Below, in pieces: positions 36,401 through 50,200 of a DNA stretch of 64,000 nt. Position 1 is the stretch's first letter; each line of letters opens with the position of its first letter. Under the pieces are notes generated by a model, which was given only the letters and a program-made list of their open reading frames with translations, made no database searches and was not told where the DNA came from. The stretch comes from Zygnema circumcarinatum SAG 698-1b (Eukaryota > Plantae > Zygnematophyceae): positions 1,116,001-1,180,000 of the forward strand of contig CM074817.1 in the NCBI GenBank assembly GCA_037447605.1. The letters are read 5' to 3'. The translations under genes and the position numbers were made by a program.

Positions 36401-39141
36401 GTTGTAATTCTCAACGATTTTGCTTGTTGATCACAACCTACGTGGGAGAGGTAACAGAGTGCAGGCACGTGTGAAGCAGCCTCTGAAGCTCGATCCGGAA
36501 CGTCCTGAGTATCATCGCTGCACTTTGCGTTGGGAGGGAGATGATGGAACCGGTCAACCAGGGTATCTCTTCCTCCTCCTTCTCTCCTTCTTTCTTCCTC
36601 CTTCCCTTTTTTCCTTTTTCTGAAGTTGATGGTCTTGAAAGCCCTCAAATTTTGGGAACCGTATTCCTTGAACACATCTCTCGTAGATGACGCTTTTTTA
36701 GATGGGGAAGTGAGTAGAACTCAAGACAAACATTTTCCAAGGTTTCGTTCGAGGGATGCATGGAGACTATCCTTACGTTCTAACTTTGCCATTGGATGAA
36801 TCTCTCTATGCAGACTAACGAATATGAAACTTGCCCTTTTTCATGAGCAACATATTTGATGTGCAGCTGATTCAAACCCTATCTTTCACACTTTCTGTTT
36901 GGAAACAGCTTTGTCGCAGAAAGTACAGGCCGTCAGATCAGCAGTCGCCTGCTCAGTATGAGATCAGCCAATGCCCTTTTGGAGCTTCCTCGAGTTGCTG
37001 GAATTCTGCGTTCCGGGACACTCGTTTCGGCCCTTTTGATCGACGATATAGCTACCATGCCTACTCCCTCCTCCCCTATCCCTATCTGCCCTCCCACTGC
37101 GGCATCTCCAGTGCCCCCTAGGGATGGTGGCAGCCATGGGGAACATATGCATGGGGGCCATAGCCATGGGCATAGCCACGGGAAGCACTCGCATACGGGT
37201 CATAGCCATGGAGAAATGCGGCATGAAGGGAGTGGGCATGGAGAGAGTGAGAGGGGAGTGAAGAAGGTGGAAGAGGATAACGGGGAGAATGTAGTGAAGG
37301 TGGCCATTTTGACTGTCAGCGACACCGTGGCAGCTGGGCGTGGACCTGATCGAAGGTGAGTTCGTTACAGAGGAAAAGAGGAGAGGAAAGAAGAATCTTG
37401 TTTCAAGAAGTGGGAAGAAGTGGGAAGAAGTGGAAAAGCGCAAGCCGAAACTTTACTATAGAATCCATTCTTCAGTTTCTATACACACAAAATAATGTCA
37501 GTTATACATTTTTTAGCTGATTTCAGCTTTCCTGGCCTGAGATATGCAGTGGGCCAAGAGCTGCAAGTGCTGTGGAAGCGTTGTCGGAGCGGTTGGGAGG
37601 AGCTTCCGTAGTAGCCATGGCAGCTGTGCCGGATGAGGTAGAAGCAATACAGACAGTGCTGAAGAAGTGGAGTGATGAGGAGAAAGTGAACCTCATCATC
37701 ACAACAGGTAGGAACAGAGACTCTTTCTTCTCACTATTGAAAAGATGTCAGATATTAAGTGTGAAAGTTTTTCGACTCTAGAGTGTCGTCCAAGACTGCT
37801 TTTTCAAAACAATAACTCTTCAACTCTAGGCTTCTTTCTTGAAACCCCTAACTGATCAACCAACAACAACAACAGTCAACAGTACATTTTCGAACTCCTA
37901 ACTCTTCATGTCATCTATGTAGCCAGCTGCAGTATTCGGCCAGCTTAATCAATACTCTGTCAAACTGAAGAACTGTGATACCTTCGTCAGAGATATTGCT
38001 CCCTCATTCTATTGTTCTTCCATCTACCTCTCCTGTTTTCGGCCTTTGCTTCAAATGAATGATCAGGTGGAACTGGCTTTTCGCCGCGCGACGTGACACC
38101 GGAAGCTACCAAGCCATTGCTGGAGAGGGAGGCGCCTGGACTTGTTCACGTCATGCTGGCGGAGAGCTTGAAGGTGCTTGTGACTTTTATGTATTTTTTC
38201 GCTCCAAACTTGTCTGATTATGTTACAATGTATATTTTGTTGTTCTTAGACTGAACGACCTACTGGTGTTGGATGACTTGTGAACCCTGACCACAGGTGT
38301 TTTTCTATGTTGAAGATAAACATCGAGTATTTGGACCCCATGGCTTTTGCTTTGGCTTTTGCATTGCAGTATACTTTTTGGAGATGATTGGAGTCAGCTA
38401 CTCTTAAATCAATGGCCATTTTGCTCCTATTGTTGGTGAAAATCTGAAGGAGTGGATGTGTGGCCCTATCGCAGGTGACACCAACGGCTATGCTGTCGAG
38501 AATGGCAGCCGGAATTCGTGGAAGCTCGCTGGTCAGTCATCACCAGTCCCCTCTCTCTATCCTCCCCGTTCCTTCTCCCATCGTTTTTGAATCAGTCAAC
38601 AGGCCCTCTTTCTTGTTTGATGAACAAAATGGAAAACCAAATCACCATGCATCAAGTCTTCTACTTGCATCGCAATTTTCATGGCAAGTGACTCGAGTGC
38701 AGCAATCCAGGCGCTTTGTTGCATGCAACAACAATCTTGTTGTCGTCGTTGTTGCTGTTGTCGCGTTGTGCCCTTATAAGGCCTTATAGGTCCTTATAAT
38801 CCCCTTTATGTCGCTGTTGGTGATGCGTATGCTTTACTCAACGCGCACATGAAATCCCCTTACGATGAAAAAGCTTTTTGAACTGTTGAAGCTCGAAAAA
38901 TATGTGAACAGGAGGATTAGTCCTGAGACAGATTCAATACCTTGATTTTAGATTTTCTGACCCCACCCATCCGGTCCTATGCATGCATATGCCGCAGATA
39001 GTGAACATGCCGGGGAACCCCAACGCCGTAGTGGAGTGTTTGGAGGCCATACTGCCCGCTCTCCCGCACGCTCTCAAGCAGCTGCGCGGAGAGAAGCGCG
39101 AGAAGCACCCCCGCCATGTCCCTCATGCCGGGCCGTCATAG
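33437..39141 (+). CDS. CNX1: Molybdopterin biosynthesis protein CNX1 (MoeA-like E domain + MogA-like G domain)
   Basis: Thirteen phase-consistent exons. [102 protein letters not shown]. Confidence 0.96.
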
Positions 39142-39872
39142 CTCATGCCGGGCCGTCATAGCGCATTCCATGGGAGGGGCGTCTGGATGGGCATTTAGAG
39201 TCAATGTTTTCACTCCTATAGTAAGGAGTAAAGTGTGTCTCCTCCAAGTGTATCATATGTGCCAAACACTACCAAGTACATTCGTGAACTGGTTTTTAGG
39301 TTAAATGTTCTTGAATGCTTCACTTATGTTCCCTGAATTAGACCTTAACAACAGAATGGCAGAATTAGTGATATTAAAAAACAAGTGACGTTCGTTGAGT
39401 ACATTCGATCTGTATGCATTGCTCGCATCACCAAAAGTGGCCAGAAAGATTGAAAATTTCCGACATGTAAGGAATTGGGTAGACATTCTTATTGATAAGA
39501 CTGCCACGCAAGAGGCAAGTCGACTCGCCAAACAATGTGCCCCAAGGACTGCCTCCGTCCGCTCAATGCCGAATGACTCAACGGCTTCAAGACGGCCGCG
39601 CCAACCCCGAAAGCAGCTACCCTTGGGCGCAGTTCCCATATAGGCATAGCTCCCATAGAGCTCTCTTCCATATCTTTTCCCATCGCCACCTTAAGGACCC
39701 TCGGAGGATGTTGAGGAGATAGAGGCCTCGGTCAAAACCCTCTTTAGTTGATTTCTCCTTCTGCAGTTCCCATCTACTCACACCTAAAAAGAGAGAGCTC
39801 TAAGGAGAGAGCGGAGCCTCTCTCGGCGCACACACACTCGAGACGGACACAACTCGACAACTTGGACAAACA

Positions 39873-42800
39873 TCACTGCTGTTTGCATTCCTGCGGTTGC
39901 TCTCCCTCCTTTATTTGCGCTCCCGCCTTCTCGTCTTTTTTCTGCGCGGACAACAACATAAGGTCCAAAAACGGCCGAAAAAGACGCTATCAAGATACAT
40001 GCAAGATGGTATAGAATTCCTCCTTATGTCACATTCTTGCAATACCCGCCAGAAAATGTGTCCACAAGTACGGCACATTTTTACAGTCTTAAGATTTTTG
40101 GCACTGCACACATCTGAACCTGATGCAGTTGAATACTGTAGACGGGACGGCTGGCGAATAGAAGGAAAAGCCAGTGGCTCATCCTCACCTGACAGCTTTG
40201 ACTGCCAGGCCAATGACATTACTTTCTCACCTTCCCATGCGCTCTTGATGGCTGTAAGCCCCAAGCACCCCATCAGAGCCAATGGAGCCCAAGTCAGCTA
40301 GCCTGCTTGCAACGTCTCCATAGCAATACTACTTTCACCGAGATTAGTCTTTCAATCACATTATTAAAGACATCCGGTGCCTACAGACTAGGTGACCTCC
40401 ACACTTCAGATTATGCGCCAACACATATATCTGTCCTTTCTCAAAATAAAATAGAAAAAATCCTTTTGAGATGGAGAACCTTATGAATCTGAAAAAAAGT
40501 TGACAATAGACATTCCAAAGTTACATGCTGTAGAGTCATACCTTCGCTGGTGGCTCATCCTCGTCATCATCCTCATCGTCATCTTCGTCATCGTCTGCGC
40601 CGTCATCATCATCATCTCCCTCATCGTCATCTTCATCATCGTAGTCCATATCTTCATCAGCTGCGTCTCCTGTAAACCATGATACCGCATGTGGAATAAT
40701 CTTCTCCTTTAACGTCGATCTGCAGCATGAACACAAAGAGGACAAGGTCATTGGAGGCGAACAAGCAGTATGTTGACATCTGCCAAGGATTTTCCTGCTA
40801 CATTCACTGACGTACCATGCTTCATACAAATTGCTACATATCCATTCCTTCTGGCAATTTTGCAATATTCTGAGGACTAGATTAGAATATAGAAGGAGTT
40901 GCATTGAAATACAACTCAAAATTTTGGAATAGATTCACACAAAATGTATGCACCTATCTGAAATTTCCTGTGCCCTCGAGCTTGGCAGCATCAAGCCAAA
41001 AAAAGGGGACTCTAATCCAATCAAACAAGATAAAAGCAGCTGGACCAGCTGTACCGTCAGTGAACTCATTTGCTTCATACGCTTGTCAATGCCAGCTGTC
41101 CACAAATGGGAAACTCTGTCCTTGTTTTAGCAACCTGGTAAACCTAAAAATGCATAGCAAAGATAAGAAAAACATACCCGATCTCATAATCTGCTTCCAT
41201 CTGTTCTTGAAGCACCTCCGCCTGCAGTTCCTCAATCACGGAGTCAACAATGGGATATAGAGGAGAGCTCGTAACCACAACATGACAACAATCATCCCTT
41301 TTGATCGGAGGCTGCCCTGTATGGCAGTTCGGGCATTTAGAGTACAGCGTACCTCTTCTTCTTCAATCTCCTCATCATCAGCAGGGACCTGAGGGGGGTT
41401 GAAAAAGTTGAAGAAGCTCTCGCAGTCTTCGGTTTTGGTCACAGGCTTAGCATTTTTCGCACCCTTCTTAGGCTTTTTCTTCAAAATCTTTTGGGTTAAG
41501 TTCTTCCCTGGATTCCACTGAATCTCCGTCCTGCGATTACGATTTACAAAAGTGACTCATGAATCTCCACGCTTGACACGACAGATATGTGTGCGAGAAT
41601 CTTGTGAGATTTTCAAAGCACAAATTGCTCATAATTTGAGACGCTCACCAACCAGAAATAACTGATTGACGGGCTCGCCTCTATCGTTATCCAGTTCCAG
41701 GCACAAATGAAAAAAATAAAGTTTCAACAATGATTTAAGGTTTGTGGACAACGTGGTGGAAGAGAGCATACCCCTCGGCCTTCTCCAAAATAGGTTCTTC
41801 ATCATCGATCATATAATAGGTCTTTGAAAGCTGCAAGAAGTAAGGTTAGGAATGGTCAGCTTGAACAATACGCCTGATCAATGAAGGGCCTGAAGAACAG
41901 CTAAATCAGGTTTCAAATGGGAGCAATCCTTTGTCCTTCCAAAACCTTACTAAGCAGATTATAGGACTAATGGATGAGACGAAAGTGCCTCTCACCACTG
42001 AATTTTTGAAGTACGGGTTCTCGTCAAAGTAAAAGTCCAACTTGAAGCCCTGCAGCATCAATGCCAGGGTCAGAGCCAGAGAGTCAGAGGGCAGACAGAG
42101 CTAGTGAAAACAAGTGCAAGTGATTGCGGGAGTGATTAATTTGGGAATAGATCTATGTGCCCTTACTTCCCCATAAGTGGCTCCTGGCAGACATAGACCC
42201 AGCTACGGTCCAGATCAATCTGATCATCTTTCCAGAATCTCCGAGCTAAGGTCGTCAAAAGGACCTTTATGTGTGTCAGCATTGTCAGGATAAGTATGTT
42301 CGCACGATTTACAGAACAGAAAGCTTATGAGCTTTGCAAGAACTAAAGCATCCGAGTTAACACTTTACTATGGGCAGTTTCAATGCCAGCAGTAAGATAA
42401 AATGAAGGATACAATTCAGATTAGCCACTTTTGTTAGCTAACTTAGTGTCTGCACGCACACTTCCCATCCTGCAATAGGCCCCTGCACACACTTGTTCTA
42501 CTACTACACTAATAAGTCGCATTATATTCACTCTATAAGTGATCGACATATGTACGAGGTGGAAAACTGAACATACCTTACCCTCAGGCAAACCAAACCA
42601 TTTCACATCATTCAAAAATTTAAGAGCTCCTTCGTCCCGTTCCGTGATCTGCAACTCCACAATGCCAAAACACCAGTGCTTGTTGCTAACAAAAGCAGAA
42701 ATTTGTATTTTTTAGGAAAATATTTTATTTGACGAAAGGTGCTTGAGGAAACCGAAACATGAATTTATCTTTAAAGGTATCATCACCAAGTTCCCAAGGT

Positions 42801-44595
42801 TTATCCTTGCTGTTATTGTAAAACATATCCTATGCAGTCCCGTAGGGAACAAGAAATGGACACAACTATTGCTTACATATGGTCTTATATGATTGTATGC
42901 GATAACTGCATGCATGTTACTGTTGCGGATAGGCTTTCAAAGGAATTGCTTTTCAAAACAAAATGGATGGTATACCTGCTCTTGAACGACCTCATTGTTC
43001 TTTAGAGCCGTCAACCAAAAGTCTGGAACACCCTTTACATCTGCAAGTTCAAAGTACTGAGAGTAAAAATCTTCCACTGAAGGAAAATACGAAGGAAAAC
43101 CTATCAGCCCTATCCACTGGTTAATCACAGAAAGAAGAATGAACATGTTTATTCAACAGACATCTCCATTCCTACTGTCCGGGTTTATAGAACTAGCACG
43201 CATGAAACAAAACAAAAAAGTTATACAATGACAAACCTTCCTTCTCCATATCTCCAGCAGCGTCTTCTGGTGCAGCTGGTTCAGTGACGCCATTTACTAT
43301 TTCTGCGCGCTGCAAACACATCATGAAGTTCAGTCAGCCTTACAAAGGAACTATACGTACAAGACTATTCCGCAAAGAAGATAATGTAGTTCAGTAGAAA
43401 AGCAAAAGTAGTCAATTAGAATGCTTGCGCTTACCCTCATGCCCTAGATTGACAATCTTTATATTAATTAGGCATTCCCGTGCTGAACCTCCCTGCAGAG
43501 TTTGCATGTAAATGGACGTATATATTGTAGGAATACCAGCAGTTACCTTGGCATACAAAGGATCGTATAACTTCTGGTATTTGGCTTCCAAAGCCGCTTT
43601 CTCCTCAAAGAACTTAGCTTCCAGCTCATCATGCTCTTTCTGCTTGGGCACAAGAGACAAATGTAAGTAAGAGGCCAAAAGCAACGTTTATTCAACGTTA
43701 TCTTTCAGATATTTTTCAACTTACAGGCACAAAAAAAAATTGCTTTGACACGTGTCTCCTGTACATGGAAGTGAGCTCTGTTCAGCAGCGGATAAAATAG
43801 TTACTCAACAACAACTGAAACAGTCGCAAAGACAGCGACAATACCTGTAGCTCTTGCAGGGAAACCACTCGAGCCCTAACTTTTGGAGGAAGTGTCTCTA
43901 GATACGCTGAAGAAGCTGACACTGCAAGTGAATTTAACGTTTCCTGAAAAAAAACAACGCTTAGCTTATGTTAGGACGTACGACCTCCGAGACGATAATC
44001 ATGATTAAAAAAGTGCAATGAGTTTGAAATGAACCAAAAAAAAAAATAAACGACAGCGAGAACAGGTAAAAACTATGCTTGATGGCGTCTTTATGGATCA
44101 GAACTCTTGTGCTGTTGCAGCAACTCCTCCGAAGCGAGAAAATAAAGGAAGAACTAGCAAACAAAAGCAAACACACTTTTTCGACCTTATGCTCACCTGA
44201 ATTGCTGTCGCCATAGCCGCCCGATCAGCTGTGTTGAGTTCTGCAGTCAACAAAGTTTATCACATTACAGGTCATCCATCCGCGAATGACGGCCTCTCCA
44301 ATGACACATATCTCCGAGTCAATATCAAGATCAGACACACTCAAATGCGCAGACAGCAGTAGATACATACATGGGCATGCGCACACACAAATACGCACGA
44401 ACACGTCTACACTCATAGATCTGAAAACCTTCCTGATATCTCCACCTCCTCAAGCATATCATCTCCAACCGAAGTCAATCAATACTGACCCCCTTCTAAA
44501 CTTTCTCTCACTTTCATCCCTCCTTTCCTTCCCTCAATCGAGCTTGATTTCTCACCTTCGCTACCGGTAGGCAGAGCATCCTTGAGGTCGGACAT
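39873..44595 (-). CDS. NAP1: Nucleosome assembly protein 1 (NAP1 family)
   Basis: MSDLKDALP start, [70 protein letters not shown], acidic tail, and C-terminal ECKQQ* prenylation motif typical of plant NAP1. Confidence 0.96.
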
Positions 44596-45654
44596 GCCTA
44601 AACCAGAAGCGGATTTTCTGTTGCCACCCTCTTTGCTCATGAAAGCAAGCTGCGAGAGACGTGCTGCGAGAGACGTGCTGCGAGATGCAGGAGTGGCGGG
44701 AGGCGGAGGAGGGTTCAAGCCTTTCAGGAAAGGAGCGAGCAGGAGCGGCTTCAGGGCGGCGGCGGAACAATCAGAACTGCTTCCTTCCAAGCCCTTTTGA
44801 AGTACGGCATTGTACGGTATTTGGCATGAAAAATCCACAAGTGAATATGTATTCGCCTAGTGATCTTGTTCCAACAAGTGGCGCAGTTCCTTTGCAAGTT
44901 GAGTTTCATGCATTGTTTGTTGAAGTCGATGTCATGACGTGACAAAGTTGAAATCGGTGAGGGAGCGCCTCTAGCTTTCTTCATGCTATGCATGTTCTTG
45001 GGGCTGAATGGTCAACAAGCAACCTGTGTTTTAAAACCCAGACTTTTGGCAGCTTAACATGGAAAGCCTTTGGATGCAACCTTACGATACGGTAATGCCA
45101 AAACCAGCCAGCCTTCTCGAGCCGAGTTGTTAGGCCTAGAAGCAGCCGTCCTTTCGTTCATAACCCATTCCTCACCAGTTCACATTGGTTCTACACCCCT
45201 TCGCCCATGCACATTTCATGGAGTCGCCATTGTCACACCAATGCCAACTCACATGGACAAAAGGCCAACACGTCGAACCAATGTGAACCCGTCACAAAGA
45301 ACCAGATTATCGTTAAGTACGACGGGCAGTCCAGTTCACTGTTCTGTGGCACTGTGCTGAACTGTACAACTTTGTACGGACTCACGGTACGGACGCTAGC
45401 AGGCCCAGGGCCAGGGACTTGGCGGCACTCGTGGTTTCCAAGCAGGCACCGACGGCCCTGGCTGTTGCATGGCTCTGGCTGGATCCAGTTCCTAGTTCGT
45501 AGTTTAGTTGCCTAGACCGTAGCTGCGTGTCTGACTCGCTCCACGGAAGAAGGGAGGCATGTGCTTGACGTGCGGCCCATGCTGGAGGTGGATTTGGACT
45601 TGATGTGCTCGCCGCTGGAGGGGGTGTGCTAGCAGCTCCAAAGCCAAATTCTGC

Positions 45655-45850
<196 letters not shown>

Positions 45851-46321
45851 CAGCTTCAACTTAATCTTAGCAACTGAGCTAAAATCTGTATCTCCGATCT
45901 CCAGCCCTTCCTCGCCTAGAGCCCCTCACTCCTCTCCCCCTCCAAAGCTCAAGACTGCCCTCCCTCCCCGCCCTCACGTACGTCTGCAGCTCTTCAAGCA
46001 ATCAACCCCTGACTTAATCCTAGTCAGCCAAGTCAGCCAATCCCAACCGCTGGTGTATGCGCTCCATGTTTGAATTGTTGTTCCCGCGTTTCCTGCCGCC
46101 GCGCCTCCGCCGTACGCCACCACGTGTAAAATCTACAGCAGGGCTCTTTCCGTACAATTGCCAATTCGACGCTGCCACGTGTAAACTGAAAGCCTCCGTT
46201 CATTGCTCCCGAAACCCGGGCCCTTCGGCCGTACATCCTCGTGTACTGTACAAACTCTCTCGTACAAGGGGACCCTGTTCCAGCTGTCCGCGCCCATACG
46301 ACGCCAGAGCCTTGTCGTGAC

Positions 46322-46745
46322 TAGGGTTGGGGGCACGGGGGCACGGGCATGCCCGGGGGGGGGGGCATGCCCCCCATTTTTGACCGTCCGTGCCCGGGGC
46401 ACGCCTCCAAAAATTTTCCCCATATATTTCGTGCCCCCCGTGCCCCCTGTCACGTGACGCTTACCTCGTACGACCGGGCCCGGGCCGGTGACGATTGAAG
46501 ACAGCGTTCAGCGTTCAGCGTTTTCCGTACACTTATACCTTGATCCGTACGCTTAGTACATTCATCTGTACTTTCCGTACCTTCATTCGTACCGTTTTTA
46601 AAATATTATATTCTTTTTGGGGCCGATTTGAATTGCTCAATGCAGTCACGTCACGGGGCACGAAAAGGGGGCATGCCCCCCCCCCAAGGGGGGGGGGCAC
46701 GTGCCCCTGGGCACGGGTCGGAGGGGGACCGTGCCCCCAACCCTA
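46322..46745. mobile_element. hAT-type MITE (424 bp), second family
   Basis: 17-bp TIR TAGGGTTGGGGGCACGG/CCGTGCCCCCAACCCTA, perfect 8-bp TSD GTCGTGAC (46314-46321, 46746-46753), subterminal GGGCAC repeats. Confidence 0.93.
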
Positions 46746-47309
46746 GTCGTGACCCGTGACGCTCGCGGCCGCCCTGACCGCATTGTACGGCGCGCCGCGG
46801 CTGTAGCGGGACAGTCACCTGCGACGTGCCGGGTCGCGACGCGGCGCTCTGACTGGCGGCGGCCCGGCGGTTGGCCACGTCCGAAACTCGGATGATTCGT
46901 TGTACGGCGGGTCGCCGGCCGGCAGCTCAAGGGTCAATAAGTGAATACGACAAAGTCTCCCGCCCGGTGTACCAGCGGACAACTTGCGGCAACTGCCACT
47001 TTAACGCCGGTTCGAAGGCGGACTCACTGACACGTGTCCAAACTGGAAGGCTCTACGTGGCAGAATTGTCTGTCCGTACAAAAGTTGCCGTGTCGGATTC
47101 GCGCGGTCCCTATTAAGCGTCAGGAGCCTAAAGCTGGCCAATCACAGCACGCCACGTCAAAATAACGGTACACGTGACGGGCTTTGATTGGATCCAGCTT
47201 AGAAGGGGACGTACTTTCCATGGAGGCACTCCCGACGCCCGAGCGACAAGACGAGAGAGGAAGGCGCCAAGGCGGGAGGGACGGTGGAGGGGAGGGGGGG
47301 AGAGAGCCA

Positions 47310-48230
47310 GGCTCTTCCTCCCCCTCGCTTCCTCCCCCTCGCTTCCTCCCCCTCCCCTTTCCCCTCCCCCTCCCTACTCCACCTCAATATCACTCTCAAT
47401 CTCACTCCTCCCCCTCCCACTCTCACTCCCCTCCCACTCTCGCTCTCACTCCTCCCCCTCCCCACTCTCCCTCCGCCTCTCCCTCCGCCTCCGCCCCATT
47501 CTCACTCTCACTCTCACTCCTCCCTCTCCCCCTCTCACTCTCACTCTCACTCCCACTCTCGATCTCACTCCTCCCCCTCCCCACTCTCACTCCGCCTCCC
47601 CATCCGCCTCCGCCCCACTCTCACTCTCACTCTCACTCTCACTCCTCCCCCTCCGCCTTTCACTCTCAATCTCACTCTCGATCCCTCTCCCACACTCTCT
47701 CTCACTCCTCCCCTTCACCACTCACACTCGTCTCTCCCTCCCCCTCCGCCCCACTCTCACTCTCACTCCGCCTCCCCCTCCACCTCCGCGCCACTCACAC
47801 CCCCCCTCCCCCTCCCCCTCCTCATCCGCCCCACTCTCACTCTCACTCCGCCTCCCCCTCCACCTCCGCCCCACTCACACTCCCCCTCCCCCTCCCCATC
47901 CGCCCCACTCTCACGCTCACTCCGCCTCCCCCTCCACCTCCGCCCCACCACACTCCCTCCCTCCCTCCGGGCCCTCCCCACTCTCACTCTCACCCGCCTC
48001 CCCTCCACCTCCGCCCCACTCACACTCCCCCTCCCCCTCCGCATCCGCCCCACTCTCACTCTCACTCCGCCTCCCCCTCCACCTCCGCCCCTCTCACACT
48101 CCCCCTCCCCCTCCCCCTCCCCATCCGCCCCACTCTCACTCTCACTCCACCTCCCCCTCCCCTTCCGCCCCACTCACACTCCCCCTCCCCTTCCCCATCC
48201 GCCCCACTCTCCCTCCGCCTCCGCCTCATC
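47310..48230. repeat. C/T-rich degenerate minisatellite (units built from CCGCCCCACTCTCACTCTCACTCCGCCTCCCCCTCC)
   Basis: Directly visible; ~60-70 bp quasi-periodicity from about 47740. Confidence 0.9.
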
Positions 48231-49033
48231 CGGTTCCGAGCACTCGTTGAGAGCCCCCCTCCAAGCCGCGGGCGGGCATCCTGGCGGCGCCGGAGGCGGG
48301 CGAGGCGGCGCGCGGCGCAGGGGCGGCGCAGCTGGTGACGCCGCTGGGCGTTGCAAGCATTGGCGCGGGCGCGGCCAGCGCCGCCATTGGGGCCTTCGCC
48401 GCGCAGCGCCGCTGGGCCACGGCAGGCGGAGGGGGGGGGCGGGCCCCCGCCCTGCCGCGCCCGGCCGCCATTGGGAAGGTGGTGGCGGGGCCCCGGCTCG
48501 GGCCACNNNNNNNNNNNNNNNNNNNNNNNNNNNNNNNNNNNNNNNNNNNNNNNNNNNNNNNNNNNNNNNNNNNNNNNNNNNNNNNNNNNNNNNNNNNNNN
48601 NNNNNNGGAGATAGTAGTCCTATGAATGACAAGCTTGCATGGTGACTAGCACATTCCTTCTGCCCCCTGTCCTCTTTGGAGCTCGTAAAACTTCCAGGAT
48701 GAGCCACTGCATACCTATCCCAGCATTTAAAATTGACGAAGAGAGATGTAGCCTGGTAAATGCAGTAGACATTCAAGGACAATTCCAGCGAGTCCACTTT
48801 CTTGAAGTCCAAATTAAGCACACCTGTCAGGTGGTCCTTTCTTGAAACGTGAGAAGCTCGCAAAGAAGTGGACAGTTGCTTTACCTGGAATTCAGTTCAT
48901 ACGGATGTTATAGTCCTGAGCTGGCGCCTAATTGACGAAAAACCCCTTAAAGGAATAGATCATGCTAACCGAGAGTAGCCCATTGACTAAAGCAAGAGAT
49001 GGCCCTTGCTTTAAGTTACTGGGCGAGGCTTCA

Positions 49034-49341
49034 TCCACGGATGTCTCTAGGGAGGCTTAGCCCCCCTTCAAATTTTAAAAAAGCTGTTCACATTTGAAGG
49101 CTGAATAGCAAAAATACACTTAAATTTCAGGTTCTTTTTCCCCAACTGACTGGTCAACCCCCTCTAAACTAAAATCCTGAATCCACCCCTGACCCCCAAG
49201 GCTCCACGGATGTCTCTAGGGGGGCTTAGCCCCCCCTCAGATTTTGAAAAGCTGTTCGTCTTTGAAGTTTGAATGTCAAAAACACTCGAATTTCAGTTTC
49301 TTTTAGCCCCCCCTAAACGAAAATCCCGGATCCACCCCTGA
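49034..49341. repeat. Two diverged tandem copies (~160 and ~140 bp) ending in a hAT-like terminus G(G/A)ATCCACCCCTG
   Basis: 49034-49192 and 49203-49341 both begin TCCACGGATGTCTCTAGGG and end ATCCACCCCTGA. No matching left TIR or TSD was seen. Confidence 0.6.
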
Positions 49342-49393
49342 ACCCCTCTATGGGAGAGAGAGGACGCAGGGTGACCCGCGGCGGCTGCCTCTT

Positions 49394-50200
49394 ATGGCCT
49401 TCCGCACTTTTGCAGCACGCGCTGAAGTGGATGCTCGGACTATGAGGAGACTCGGAGATGAGAGCTTTCCTCCGGCAGCAGACCCATACTCAGAGGAGGT
49501 TCTGAATGGGGTGCTCGCTGCCCTAGCAGACGAGGTGGACGCTATATGGGAGGAATGCGACGGGTCACTATACGCCATAGGGACACAGCTTGCTCCCGTT
49601 TTGGCCCAATATGCTCTATTAGGTCGAGCACTTGAGAATGGGGCTCCATTGATGGTCCTTAGTGGAGATCAGGTGGTGGTTCCAAGAGGGGACGAGTGTG
49701 TAGTATTTGACGATGGGTTGGAGGAGCTTCGGGCGCTTATGTTTGCAGCAGCAGCAGCCAAAGAGGAACGGTCTGAGGATGAGCTTCTAGGGGAATACAT
49801 CTTTGTTCAAAAGATTTCAGACTTTGTATGGTATGCGGTGTGGAGGGAGGAAGGAGCCGACTTGGACCTTGATGATGTTCCGAGGGAGGTCCCTGTGCGT
49901 GCACTTCTGGCAGAGCTGGGCGCGCCGGCAGCCATGGCTGGGAGGTTGCGGAGAAGCATGCGGGAGGTGCTGCAAAGGGTTGTCCTGCCTGAGTTTCTCT
50001 TGCAGGCAGAAGCCAAACTAAGGCAGGAGCTCCGCTGGGCAGCGGTCCGGGGAGCGCGCCTCAGCCTGCATAAACCGGTCACAGTCGTGCCAGTCAGGTG
50101 CGAAATTTGTATGAAATTTGTATTTGTACGAGCTGCTCCGTTTAGGGTTTCTGCTCTGACTGTTTGGTTGTTGTCGGAAATTCGCCTCCTTTTTGTGTGA
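49394..50200 (+). CDS. Hypothetical protein (268-aa ORF, acidic/helical, no recognised domain)
   Basis: ATG-initiated 807-nt ORF of non-repetitive sequence with protein-like composition. Possible splice donor AG/GTGCG near 50097. Confidence 0.45.
   Translation: MAFRTFAARAEVDARTMRRLGDESFPPAADPYSEEVLNGVLAALADEVDAIWEECDGSLYAIGTQLAPVLAQYALLGRALENGAPLMVLSGDQVVVPRGDECVVFDDGLEELRALMFAAAAAKEERSEDELLGEYIFVQKISDFVWYAVWREEGADLDLDDVPREVPVRALLAELGAPAAMAGRLRRSMREVLQRVVLPEFLLQAEAKLRQELRWAAVRGARLSLHKPVTVVPVRCEICMKFVFVRAAPFRVSALTVWLLSEIRLLFV

Noticed and set aside
48250-48506. GC-rich Ala/Gly reading frame (LVTPLGVASIGAGAASAAIGAFAA) as an exon
   Set aside because: No start or convincing splice sites, preceded by an in-frame stop and cut by a 100-N gap; cannot be supported.
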